IMG/VR virus record: IMGVR_UViG_3300048996_000071
Location: 1 to 60,544 of that record
Source of the DNA: a virus
Lineage: Duplodnaviria; Caudoviricetes
Reading direction: 5' to 3' (one strand)
DNA: 60,544 bases
The position numbers were made by a program, and so were the translations under genes. How positions within the stretch are numbered: the stretch's first letter is position 1; each line of letters opens with the position of its first letter. The notes below the pieces were generated by a model, which was not told where the DNA came from, made no database searches, and was given only the letters and a program-made list of their open reading frames with translations. This document shows, in pieces, positions 1-7,983 of this stretch.

Positions 1-666
1 CGTACCATCACTCATCTCGAGGGGAGTCGAGAAAACATCATGCGTTCTTGCGTCGAGCATTACCTTGGTGCCAGGTCGCACCTTGACCATGCTGCTATTG
101 ACGCGGGCATCTTCGAGGCCATTCATCACGAGCGGCAGACGTGTGTCGAAGTGGCTAGCCATCTCGACATAAGCCTTTGACCGGCCCATTGCCTCAAGAA
201 TGTCTATGCCATGCTCGCATGCCGTCGGCGGGTGCCACTCAACCACCAGCCCAGCAATGGCCCGGCGACCTTCCCTCTCGGGCGTGACGAAGCTGCCAAA
301 TGCAAGGTGCGATACCTCGTGGTACAGCAGCGACATGACGACCTCGTTGACGTCGCACGCTGGACAAGCGAGGCGCTTGTTCACGCCGCGAATGCCGCAA
401 CCGCCGACCTCGTGGACGAGGTTGTCTCCCAGCCGCATGGGCGGCTGGATGTAGATGTTCTTGCCGTCGGTGTACGACGCCTGGGCGGTCGAGTAGACCT
501 GCACCTTTGGGTCGCGCATCACGGCACGAGCATAGCGCTCCAGCATCGGAAGCATGGTGTTCAGCTTCCGTGTCGCAGTCCACGCCCGATTGGTCATCCC
601 AGTCTTATGCTGGGCACGCTGTAGCGCCCGATTTGCAGTGGGCGGCAACGTGGGTGTCTTTGCCAT
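1..666 (-). CDS. HExxH metallopeptidase-like N-terminus, probable VWA/CobT-like partner of the MoxR ATPase (runs off the window end)
   Basis: Manual translation from ATG 666 (GGAGG RBS): MAKTPTLPP...SYTDGKNIYI...LLYHEVSHLAF. The TDG and HExxH motifs are typical of MoxR-associated VWA proteins. Not in the ORF track because it is truncated. Confidence 0.7.
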   Translation of the reverse strand, partial: MAKTPTLPPTANRALQRAQHKTGMTNRAWTATRKLNTMLPMLERYARAVMRDPKVQVYSTAQASYTDGKNIYIQPPMRLGDNLVHEVGGCGIRGVNKRLACPACDVNEVVMSLLYHEVSHLAFGSFVTPEREGRRAIAGLVVEWHPPTACEHGIDILEAMGRSKAYVEMASHFDTRLPLVMNGLEDARVNSSMVKVRPGTKVMLDARTHDVFSTPLEMSDGT

Positions 667-693
667 ACGCACCTCCTATCATTATGGTACGAG

Positions 694-748
694 TGCCCCC
701 GCCGGGAGTCGAACCCGGCCTGCACCCAGTATCACTGTGCTCGGGGGC
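694..748 (-). ncRNA. tRNA-like minihelix element
   Basis: GCCCCCG..CCGGG-TTCGACT-CCCGG-CGGGGGC-A: 7+5 bp stack with T-loop and no anticodon arm; starts 7 nt after the upstream stop. Confidence 0.75.
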
Positions 749-755
749 GGTCTTG

Positions 756-977
756 CTAGCGCGTCGAGTCGGGAAGGTCCAGACCGGCCTCGTCCAACGC
801 ACTGGATGCGGCGGCGATCAGGGTCCGCTGATCGCTGTTCCAGCGCGCCTTCCCCGTCGAGGGGCCGCTGTTCACGATCTCGGTCGGGTCCTGCGACGCG
901 ACGATGAGGACAAAGTCGGTCATCTCCTCTTCGGACAGTTCCTCGACGAACTTCTCGATCGGGCTGGTGTTGCTCAT
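756..977 (-). CDS. small acidic hypothetical protein (MSNTSPIEKF...)
   Basis: GGAGG RBS; ATGA overlap with the upstream gene. Confidence 0.7.
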   Translation of the reverse strand: MSNTSPIEKFVEELSEEEMTDFVLIVASQDPTEIVNSGPSTGKARWNSDQRTLIAAASSALDEAGLDLPDSTR

Positions 978-1666
978 GTACTTCCTCCGAGTGGGTGTCG
1001 CGTCCGAGGCCTGGTTGCTTCCAGGTCCGGTGGTTCCGTGTTGTGCCTCTCGCCAAACAGTTCGCGCACGAGGGGTGGCCGCACGAGGGGCAGGATCTGG
1101 GTTGGCGGATCGTCGCCCGGCTGAATGACCGGGATGATGGCAGTTGGCGCCTCGGGCGGCGGCGAGATCGGCACCGGCGGCGGCGTTGTTCGCGGCCCGG
1201 GCCAGCCCTTGTAGGGAATCAGAAGCGGGGGTCGCGCCCGCTCCTCGTCGGGCCACTCAAGCATGTTCTGGTGCTTGGGTGGCGGCTCCGGGAACTCGAA
1301 CGCGGACCAGTCAATCATGTTCTCGTGCTTGGGTAGAAACTTCGGCGGGATGTACTGGAACTTCTGCGGCGGCCAGAGGGTATTGGCCAGCGCCTCCGGA
1401 AGGCCCAGCTTCGGCACTTTCGCCGCGTTCTCCTCGTCCGCCACGGACGTCACTGCCGTCACTGCCGCCTCGACCGGCGGCAGCTCCAGCATGTGGTGGT
1501 TGAGCCAGTAGCTGCTTGGACGCTCATCGGCCCAGGCGGTGGGGTCCGACCCCCTAGCAATGCAGGTAGCGTAGTACAGGAACGGCGGCAGCTCGTCGTC
1601 GGGTTCTTCCCTGTGGAGCATTTGCCTTACCGAAGGGTCGATGTCCTCCGGGCGATGAGATGTCAT
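974..1666 (-). CDS. proline-rich hypothetical protein
   Basis: 230-aa ORF with GGAGG RBS, operonic with the ATPase. Confidence 0.7.
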   Translation of the reverse strand: MTSHRPEDIDPSVRQMLHREEPDDELPPFLYYATCIARGSDPTAWADERPSSYWLNHHMLELPPVEAAVTAVTSVADEENAAKVPKLGLPEALANTLWPPQKFQYIPPKFLPKHENMIDWSAFEFPEPPPKHQNMLEWPDEERARPPLLIPYKGWPGPRTTPPPVPISPPPEAPTAIIPVIQPGDDPPTQILPLVRPPLVRELFGERHNTEPPDLEATRPRTRHPLGGST

Positions 1667-1675
1667 GTCACCTCC

Positions 1676-3277
1676 CTAGCTGTAGTAAGACTTGATGGAT
1701 TCCTCGACCTGGCGACGAGAGTCGGGGTCGAGGTAGTTGAGGACACCGATGGCGAACGCCTGCTGCGGCTGGAAGTGCCGCATGAGGCGGGCGACCTTGA
1801 CCTGGTTAGCGATGCCCCAGGTGACGTTGATGCTGCTGTCGGAGGCCAGGACTCGGATGTCCTTGGCAACCTTCATCAAGTCATCGAGAATCGGCGCCGG
1901 GTCGTAGTTGTCCAGCGTCATGCACCAGCGGGTGATGATGTCTCGCTCGATCGGCTCGGGCGGCATGCCGACGTTGATGTGCAACAGTCGCCGCGCGTCA
2001 GCGTCGCCGATCTCGTTGGTGCCGACGTTGCGTGAATCCCAGGCGGGGTTCGCCGCCAGTGCGATGTAGCAGTCCGGGTGCTGATCGAACTCCTGGCCAT
2101 CGGCCTGGTCGAGTACCAACTGCTTGCTGTTGTCGAACACGGGCCGGGTGAACTGCCAGATCGGTTCCGGTGCCGTGTTCGGCTCGTCAAGGCAGATGAC
2201 GCCCGGCTGTTCGTAAACCTTGGTGAACCGCCCGTACTGGAAGTACGTACCCTTTTCGGGGTGGTACATCATCTTCCCGGCTAGATCATCCAGCTCGGAA
2301 CTGCCGGTGATGGAGTACCTGGTGAACGGCGCACCCATCAGGTAGGCCATGTACCGAAGGGCCTCCGTCTTGCCGACGCCTGGAATGCCCCACAGGATCG
2401 GGGTCATGTTGAGCTTGGTCCAGGCTACGACAATCTGCCAGACGACACCGGCGTAGTCGGTGTACAGCTCCGAGTGCTCCTTGTCGCCGTGCAGGGGCAC
2501 CTGCTTGCCCCGGTTGCCGAAGTGATCGAGGTCGTAGACCGGCAGGAAGCATGGCTCCGCGTACGAGTTGGGGTCGTCGATGCGGCGATATGCCCTGATG
2601 CCACGCTTGCGATCGTCATCAGTCACAGGCGCATCGGACAGCCACTCCTGCGGCTTCACAGTGCGGTGACGAGTCGCCTGCTTTGCGGGGTCGACAACCC
2701 CGAACGACCTGTCGTTCTCCGGGAACAGTCGCAGTCCCTGAAGGTTGGGACGCCTGCTCGGGTTTGTGCTGAACTGCTCGTTGTCCTCGCAACCCTTGGG
2801 GTACTGGTCGAGGCGATCCGCAAGCAGCAACGCACCCTTAGCCAGGCACAGGGGCGCATCGTATCCCGTCTCGGCCCTCACCATCGAGGCCGGGACAAAG
2901 TTGGTGCAGCTAACGCAGTTCGCCGTGCGCGGCCGAGCTGCCGGGTCGTCTACCTCGTTGTTCGGCAACGGCAACGCGATCTCAAACTCAAACGGCGCCG
3001 AGAACGCACTGACGTTGAAGCCCTGGAATGATTTGCCGAACTGACCGCATCCCCTGGCGTTGTGTTCCAGCTGTCGGGCCTGGACCTGATTACTGGCCGC
3101 CGCGTTGAGTAGCGGCTTGCTGTGTACGCCGCAGATGGGAGTACCGATTGTCGAACCCATGTTCGTCCGCTGATCGTCGGCACTGATGGCAGAGGGGCAA
3201 TTGGCACAGCTGCGATCCGATCCCTTGACGGCGAACGGAAGGTTGAGCCTGCCATGTCTTGCGGGAGGTGTGGTCAC
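1676..3277 (-). CDS. MoxR/CobS-like AAA+ ATPase with Cys-rich N-terminus
   Basis: Walker A GIPGVGKT, Walker B ICLDE, sensor AANP, arginine finger DADARR; own promoter and RBS. Confidence 0.85.
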   Translation of the reverse strand: MTTPPARHGRLNLPFAVKGSDRSCANCPSAISADDQRTNMGSTIGTPICGVHSKPLLNAAASNQVQARQLEHNARGCGQFGKSFQGFNVSAFSAPFEFEIALPLPNNEVDDPAARPRTANCVSCTNFVPASMVRAETGYDAPLCLAKGALLLADRLDQYPKGCEDNEQFSTNPSRRPNLQGLRLFPENDRSFGVVDPAKQATRHRTVKPQEWLSDAPVTDDDRKRGIRAYRRIDDPNSYAEPCFLPVYDLDHFGNRGKQVPLHGDKEHSELYTDYAGVVWQIVVAWTKLNMTPILWGIPGVGKTEALRYMAYLMGAPFTRYSITGSSELDDLAGKMMYHPEKGTYFQYGRFTKVYEQPGVICLDEPNTAPEPIWQFTRPVFDNSKQLVLDQADGQEFDQHPDCYIALAANPAWDSRNVGTNEIGDADARRLLHINVGMPPEPIERDIITRWCMTLDNYDPAPILDDLMKVAKDIRVLASDSSINVTWGIANQVKVARLMRHFQPQQAFAIGVLNYLDPDSRRQVEESIKSYYS

Positions 3278-3297
3278 CGATCCTCCAATCAGCGCCT

Positions 3298-3326
3298 ATC
3301 CTACCACTACGATAGGCGCGTGTCAA
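3298..3326 (-). promoter_or_regulatory. housekeeping-sigma promoter
   Basis: TTGACA-17-TAGGAT upstream of the ATPase. Confidence 0.8.
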
Positions 3327-3354
3327 CCGGGATAAAACGGACACACTGATGGCT

Positions 3355-3609
3355 TCAATCCTCCAGGTTGAGCCATTCTTGCATCGTCAGCCCGTTCGGG
3401 TACCTGCCACGATGCTCGGCGTCACGCAGCCGCTGCTCGGCCACGGCCGCCGCCGCCGGATCAGCGAGGTGGTCATCGCAGAGGTACGGCATCGTCTTGC
3501 CGACTTTCCGTGCACCGGTGGCCTGCGCAGAGCAACCGGGGCGTTCGCACTTAACACCGGCGGCGGCCAGTTGCTGCCTGACCGCCGCCGCCTTGTCGTT
3601 CTCGCTCAC
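3355..3609 (-). CDS. small hypothetical protein, possible Zn-binding (CERPGC...CDDH)
   Basis: GTG start overlaps the upstream stop (GTGA). Confidence 0.6.
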   Translation of the reverse strand: MSENDKAAAVRQQLAAAGVKCERPGCSAQATGARKVGKTMPYLCDDHLADPAAAAVAEQRLRDAEHRGRYPNGLTMQEWLNLED

Positions 3610-4244
3610 GGTGCATCCTTCTCGCACTGGGCCAATGCATCTAGTGCTGGTTTGTATTTCGACTTGAAATCCTGGTAGGCATTCTCCTGGGTCTGCGCCA
3701 GGTCGCGCTGCCGTATCTGGATCTCGCGTAGTGCATTCCAGTCCTTCTCGGCGATGGCCCTGGTTGCAGCCTTTGCGATATCGATCTGCGTGTTGGACTT
3801 GCTGTTGAGCTGGTTGACATCCTCGATGATCGACTGCATCAGAACTACTGCCTGCCTGCATGACTCCGGCAGGACCGTCTTGGTAACGGTTTCGGTCACC
3901 GTGACGGTAACTGTTACCGCAGTCGTTGCGCCGGGCGCTGCCGCAGCTGGTACCGCAGGCCTGCGCTCCGGGTATGCAGGATTATCTGGTCCACGTTCCG
4001 CCAGATGCATGGCATACGCTGAGCTAATGATGTACAGCATCATCACCCAGAACAGCCATCTCGGTACGCGTACCCGCTTACCTGATGCGGGTGTCGGCGG
4101 AGGCCTTGATGCTGGCTGCGGCAACATCGGAGGCGGAGGTGAAGGCGGGGGCCTGTTCGCTTTCGCACGGGTTGCCCGCCTTGCCGGACTCGGCTCTGGT
4201 AGAGGCCGAGTATTCATGGCATTGATGAGATCATCCATGTCCAT
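3606..4244 (-). CDS. membrane-anchored coiled-coil protein
   Basis: Pro-rich N-terminus, one transmembrane segment, helical C-terminus. Confidence 0.7.
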   Translation of the reverse strand: MDMDDLINAMNTRPLPEPSPARRATRAKANRPPPSPPPPMLPQPASRPPPTPASGKRVRVPRWLFWVMMLYIISSAYAMHLAERGPDNPAYPERRPAVPAAAAPGATTAVTVTVTVTETVTKTVLPESCRQAVVLMQSIIEDVNQLNSKSNTQIDIAKAATRAIAEKDWNALREIQIRQRDLAQTQENAYQDFKSKYKPALDALAQCEKDAP

Positions 4245-4252
4245 GCTGACAC

Positions 4253-4900
4253 CTAGCCAAGAAGGCTAGGCGGCCCGGGAGCCGGACGGCCGACGAGATT
4301 TCCGTCAGCGTCGATCTCTTCGAGATACCAGACGCGACACGGGTACTGACCTCCGACGTCGAACTTGACAGTTCGCCAGTTCGTATCGACATGCTCGTCG
4401 CCCCTGAAAACGACGACCCCCGTGTGCGTGCCTTTCTGAAGGTAGCGGACGCGAGTGTTCACGGGAAACGAGCCGTCGTCAGTGTTGCGATCGGCCTCGT
4501 CGATCTCCTTGCCGAAGTACTGGTGAAGCAGTCGGCTCGTCTCGTCGACGAGCCTCTCCGGGTCCTCGATGTAGTCGAAGAACATCTTGTCGATAGAGGC
4601 GAGCGCCTGCTTCGCGGCGAGCAGCTCCACCTCGATGCCAACCGACACGGTCACCTCGGAGAGGAGCAGGTCGACATCACTCCGCCTCGCCCACACAAAC
4701 CCGGGCGCAGTCGGAACGTAGCCCGGTCGAGGCGGGATCAGCGCTGCGGTGCGCAGGTTCCTGAACGCCTCGCGAGCGGGCGCCGCCAGGGCGGCGAGCA
4801 CCTCCTTTTCGGTCAGTTCAGAACCTCGGACGCTGGAAGGGGATGCCGACCGCTTTGGGTGGCACAGCCTCTCCAGCAGGCTCGGGATCAGGTTCTTCAT
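4253..4900 (-). CDS. hypothetical protein, possible SH3-like C-terminus
   Basis: 215-aa ORF in the leftward operon. Confidence 0.65.
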   Translation of the reverse strand: MKNLIPSLLERLCHPKRSASPSSVRGSELTEKEVLAALAAPAREAFRNLRTAALIPPRPGYVPTAPGFVWARRSDVDLLLSEVTVSVGIEVELLAAKQALASIDKMFFDYIEDPERLVDETSRLLHQYFGKEIDEADRNTDDGSFPVNTRVRYLQKGTHTGVVVFRGDEHVDTNWRTVKFDVGGQYPCRVWYLEEIDADGNLVGRPAPGPPSLLG

Positions 4901-5204
4901 CGTCCCCCTCTTCTACTCCCAGATCATCCAGGAGTATGTCAAACTCTACGGAGAACGCCGCCATCATAGCGGCGCCGTACTCGGCGGCCGTTGCCTCGGC
5001 GGTCTCCTCGACCTCGAACTGAAGACGAAGCCAGCCATCGTCGGGGCATGCCGTGCATGCCGCCTCGCCGGTGGTCTGATGCGTGTTGCCGTGGCCGAGG
5101 CGAAACACCTGCGGATGTCCCCGCACATACTGAACGCCGTGGATCATGCAGCTAACCTTGACCGAGATTGCCCGCACCAGGGTGAAGGGCGTGTCGTCAG
5201 TCAT
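4818..5204 (-). CDS. hypothetical protein
   Basis: 128-aa ORF with CxxH/CxxC and an acidic tail. Confidence 0.55.
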   Translation of the reverse strand: MTDDTPFTLVRAISVKVSCMIHGVQYVRGHPQVFRLGHGNTHQTTGEAACTACPDDGWLRLQFEVEETAEATAAEYGAAMMAAFSVEFDILLDDLGVEEGDDEEPDPEPAGEAVPPKAVGIPFQRPRF

Positions 5205-5361
5205 AGTACTTCACTTCCGATAGTGTAGGTTGGTTGACGGAGCTAGGCGGCTCGTGATAGCATGACGCTACCGCGCCGCACCTGGACCGCAACCTGGGTG
5301 CACCAACCGCCTCGTGACTCCCCACCTCCCCGGGTAGAGATGTCACGAGGCGGTTGCTCTT

Positions 5362-5913
5362 TCAGCCGCAGTCGGCCCCGTCGTCCTCGCCCTGGTCGGC
5401 CTCGTCGTTCGGGTTCTCGGAGAGGCTCTTGATGAAGGCCAAGACCTCGCCGAGAGACTTGACCAGCTCTTCGCGGCGCGGCGTTGTGCCCTGTGGCATG
5501 CGCCACTTCCAGATCAGATGGCCCTCTCGGCTGTCCCAAACGTATCGAAACGTGGAGTGGCAGTACTGACATGTGACCTCCGCATCCCGGATGTGTGATG
5601 CGAGCGGCAACTCGGCCAGGGTTAACGCGCAGCAGTCGTTGGCGTATAGCACATCGACCAGCACGTCGTCAAGACTGGCGGGTGTTGCCGGTGCCTCCAG
5701 CATGCTGGCAACCGGCAGTGACTGGATTTGCAGCGGACGGCTGTCCAGACGATCGGCGATCAGGGTTTCGAAGTGCTCGTGTGCATTGCCCCTGGCGTAC
5801 GCTTCCGCGTCGGCCGTGTTGAAGATCCCGTGCGCGTAAGCCACGAGACCCAGTCGGTTTCCGTCGGCATCCGAAACTGCGAACAGAAACTCCGGAAGCT
5901 TCTTGTTTGTCAT
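5362..5913 (-). CDS. hypothetical protein (MTNKKLPEF...) with CC/CxxC motifs
   Basis: GGAGG RBS before ATG 5913; the frame is open upstream to 6054. Confidence 0.65.
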   Translation of the reverse strand: MTNKKLPEFLFAVSDADGNRLGLVAYAHGIFNTADAEAYARGNAHEHFETLIADRLDSRPLQIQSLPVASMLEAPATPASLDDVLVDVLYANDCCALTLAELPLASHIRDAEVTCQYCHSTFRYVWDSREGHLIWKWRMPQGTTPRREELVKSLGEVLAFIKSLSENPNDEADQGEDDGADCG

Positions 5914-6064
5914 TGTTTCACCTCCTCCCCTACCCCGCGCGGCGCCCATGTCGCGGCGCCGCATTTGGCCTACCCACGGGCCACGCTGCCGGACGAATGC
6001 CGGGGGGTGCGTGTCCGTGTAGGTAGACGCTAAAGGATCGTGACTGTCTATCACGATCCTACTG

Positions 6065-6178
6065 TTACCACCAATGCCTGACGCCGTGGCACCACCACTG
6101 GTTCCGATCGCCGTGCGTGTGAGCGCCGTGATCCTTGGTGTCGCTACACTTCTTTACTTTTGACTCTTCGTTGGTCAT
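6065..6178 (-). CDS. small Cys/His-rich peptide (MTNEESK...)
   Basis: ATGA overlap with the upstream ORF. Confidence 0.45.
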   Translation of the reverse strand: MTNEESKVKKCSDTKDHGAHTHGDRNQWWCHGVRHWW

Positions 6179-6330
6179 CCGATTGACCCCCAGTCCGCGT
6201 AGGCGAAGAGAAGTACGACAAACAGGGCGGACATGAGGACCCAGCACGCATCGTTAATAAGACACGGGGTGTCTCGGCACCGCTTGTTTGCGCAGCTGAA
6301 CCTCGGCCACCACCACGGTGCCCGATGCAT
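6175..6330 (-). CDS. small membrane protein (MHRAPWWW...)
   Basis: GGAGG RBS; hydrophobic C-terminus. Confidence 0.55.
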   Translation of the reverse strand: MHRAPWWWPRFSCANKRCRDTPCLINDACWVLMSALFVVLLFAYADWGSIG

Positions 6331-6343
6331 ACAGATCACCTCC

Positions 6344-6517
6344 TTACAGGTGTTGCGCCACCTCGGAGATCCCGAGTGCGACGGCGATGCCGAGCGGAAC
6401 ATAGATGATCAGTCCGCAGAACGGCCTGCGACTGGTGTGCTGACCGCCGTAACCACCACTCGAAGTCTTCTTGATTCCAGTGGTGTATTTCTGTCCACGG
6501 CCGACTTTCTTGGGCAC
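6344..6517 (-). CDS. small membrane protein (MPKKVGRG..., 57 aa)
   Basis: Manual translation; GGAGG RBS with GTG start; C-terminal transmembrane segment. Confidence 0.55.
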   Translation of the reverse strand: MPKKVGRGQKYTTGIKKTSSGGYGGQHTSRRPFCGLIIYVPLGIAVALGISEVAQHL

Positions 6518-6526
6518 CTGGCCTCC

Positions 6527-6688
6527 CTAAAGGGCGGCGGTCAGCAATCTCCACAACTTGCCAACCAGGGTCACGCGCCGATGGTGCTGAAGGCGGTGAT
6601 GCGTCACGCGCACCTTCTCGAGGAACTCGTCGAAGGGTGCCGACACCTGGAAGGAGAAGTCGCCGAGGTTGACTGCCGCTGCGCTCAT
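6527..6688 (-). CDS. small protein (MSAAAVNLG..., 53 aa)
   Basis: Manual translation; GGAG RBS; tiles with its neighbours. Confidence 0.5.
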   Translation of the reverse strand: MSAAAVNLGDFSFQVSAPFDEFLEKVRVTHHRLQHHRRVTLVGKLWRLLTAAL

Positions 6689-6704
6689 GGTACTCCAATG
6701 CCGT

Positions 6705-7185
6705 AGGCACCCGTCCCAGGTAGGGGCGGGTGCTGGATGGGGGTGCAGGGGTTCGCGAGAATATCTCTTGACTTACCTGCGTGGTTCCCCATCCAGCTGT
6801 CAGGGCTGTATTGACACTGCATCGCAACGACAGATGGATCTGTACACCCTTGCCTCGCGGGTTTACGGTCCCCGGGGGGAGAGTTCTAACCCTTGAGCGC
6901 TTCGTGTTAACGAGTCCAGCTGCGCACGAGAGGCTTGCCTACATACGAGGCCCAGTGACTGCACCGATTTACTGAATCCATGCCGGGTCTTGGTAGGAAG
7001 ACCCACCTGCATGCGGCCTCGCCGCTCCACCTTGGCGTGGTCGGCGACGGAGGACAAGTCCGGCACCCGCCGAGGAGCATACGTGCCTGGAGGTCAATCC
7101 GGCCGGGATGGTGTACCAGCGGGACGACGCTTCAATCGGTGCAGTCACTGCGCCCAGCATATGGGTCGCCGTGCTGTGTTGCGTG
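6705..7185. ncRNA. candidate large structured RNA or long 5' leader
   Basis: Perfect 17-bp inverted repeat 6953-6969/7134-7150, an 11-bp stem 6732/6787 and several hairpins; no convincing ORF. Confidence 0.5.
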
Positions 7186-7190
7186 CTTGC

Positions 7191-7219
7191 ATCCTACCAC
7201 ATGGATCGGGGGATGTCAA
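7191..7219 (-). promoter_or_regulatory. housekeeping-sigma promoter
   Basis: TTGACA-17-TAGGAT. Confidence 0.8.
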
Positions 7220-7240
7220 CCCCCCGATCTCATGGCGAGA

Positions 7241-7519
7241 CTACCGCTTCGCGCGTTGCGCCCTGCGGCTCGGTCGTGCCGGAGTACTGGAGACCGGTTC
7301 GATCCAGTTGTTCGTGGTGTTGCTCTTGTGCGCATCCATCAGGCCGAACGCCACCGTGACCAGCGAGAACTGGTGCTTGCCGTGACGAACCGTCTCGTCG
7401 ATGCACTTCACCTTGTTGCCACGGTGCAGCACCTGGTAAATTCGGTGAAGCCGCTCCGACTTTGGATGCTCGGCCACGAAGGACCGAGAGCCGTGCGTGA
7501 TACACGTGAGATGTGCCAT
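7241..7519 (-). CDS. hypothetical protein
   Basis: 92 aa; GGAGG upstream. Confidence 0.6.
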   Translation of the reverse strand: MAHLTCITHGSRSFVAEHPKSERLHRIYQVLHRGNKVKCIDETVRHGKHQFSLVTVAFGLMDAHKSNTTNNWIEPVSSTPARPSRRAQRAKR

Positions 7520-7571
7520 CTACCTATCACCTCCAACCTGTCACGCGGGGTGTAGCTTCCATGCTGCTACG

Positions 7572-7734
7572 TGACCGCCGAGGGACTCGAACCCCCAACC
7601 TTTCCCCGGCGCGGTCAGTCGTGCGATACACCTTCCGAGTCCCTGCAGGGAGACGCGACGCTTCTCACGAAAGGCATACCTCGTGGCTGACCCCGTACTC
7701 CAGGGACTGCTCTATCCAGTTGAGCTAGACAGAC
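7572..7734 (-). ncRNA. tRNA-like RNA with a ~90-nt insertion replacing the anticodon loop
   Basis: D-arm TAGCTCAACTGGATAGAGCA, variable loop AGGTT, T-arm GGGGG-TTCGAGT-CCCTC, imperfect acceptor stem. Confidence 0.65.
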
Positions 7735-7841
7735 AACCAGTTGCGAGCGCCAGCCTGTCGTTCTCAGGTCTGCCGGACGCTGGCGGATCGGTTAGACCGA
7801 ATTTCCGTAATCCCAGATCTGCCGGGTAGCAACTCGTAACG

Positions 7842-7917
7842 TAGCGGGAACTGGATTTGAACCAGTGATCTTCGGCTTATGAGGCCGACGAGGACGACCT
7901 AACTCCTCTATCCCGCC
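7842..7917 (-). tRNA. tRNA-Met(CAT), initiator-like
   Basis: Full cloverleaf: GGCGGGA/TCCCGCT acceptor, TCGGC-CTCATAA-GCCGA anticodon arm, TTCAAAT T-loop; CCA not encoded. Confidence 0.9.
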
Positions 7918-7921
7918 GTGA

Positions 7922-7967
7922 CTCACCCCCGGCCTGCACATCGTGCCAGGCTCAGGCCGAGGGTGAG
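7922..7967 (-). terminator. long GC hairpin downstream of 7984..9129
   Basis: CTCACCCTCGGCCTG...CAGGCCGGGGGTGAG. Confidence 0.5.
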
Positions 7968-7983
7968 GGTATTACTGGGTAGA

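Noticed and set aside
605-802. Cys-containing peptide ORF (possible RiPP precursor)
   Set aside because: It overlaps the tRNA-like element and the RBS/start of the 666 gene in another frame; no modifying enzymes are present.
6953-7150. Minimal RNase P RNA on the + strand (GGAGGACAAGTCCGG resembles GAGGAAAGTCCGG, with P1-P3-like stems)
   Set aside because: The 3' ACAGAA..CGGCTTA/P4 partner is missing and the clear promoter points the other way. Not called, but an Infernal RNase P scan would settle it.
7572-7734. tmRNA, Y RNA (YrlA) or intron-containing tRNA
   Set aside because: No G3-U70 pair or tag ORF; D stem intact; arm order not permuted; insert too short for a group I intron.
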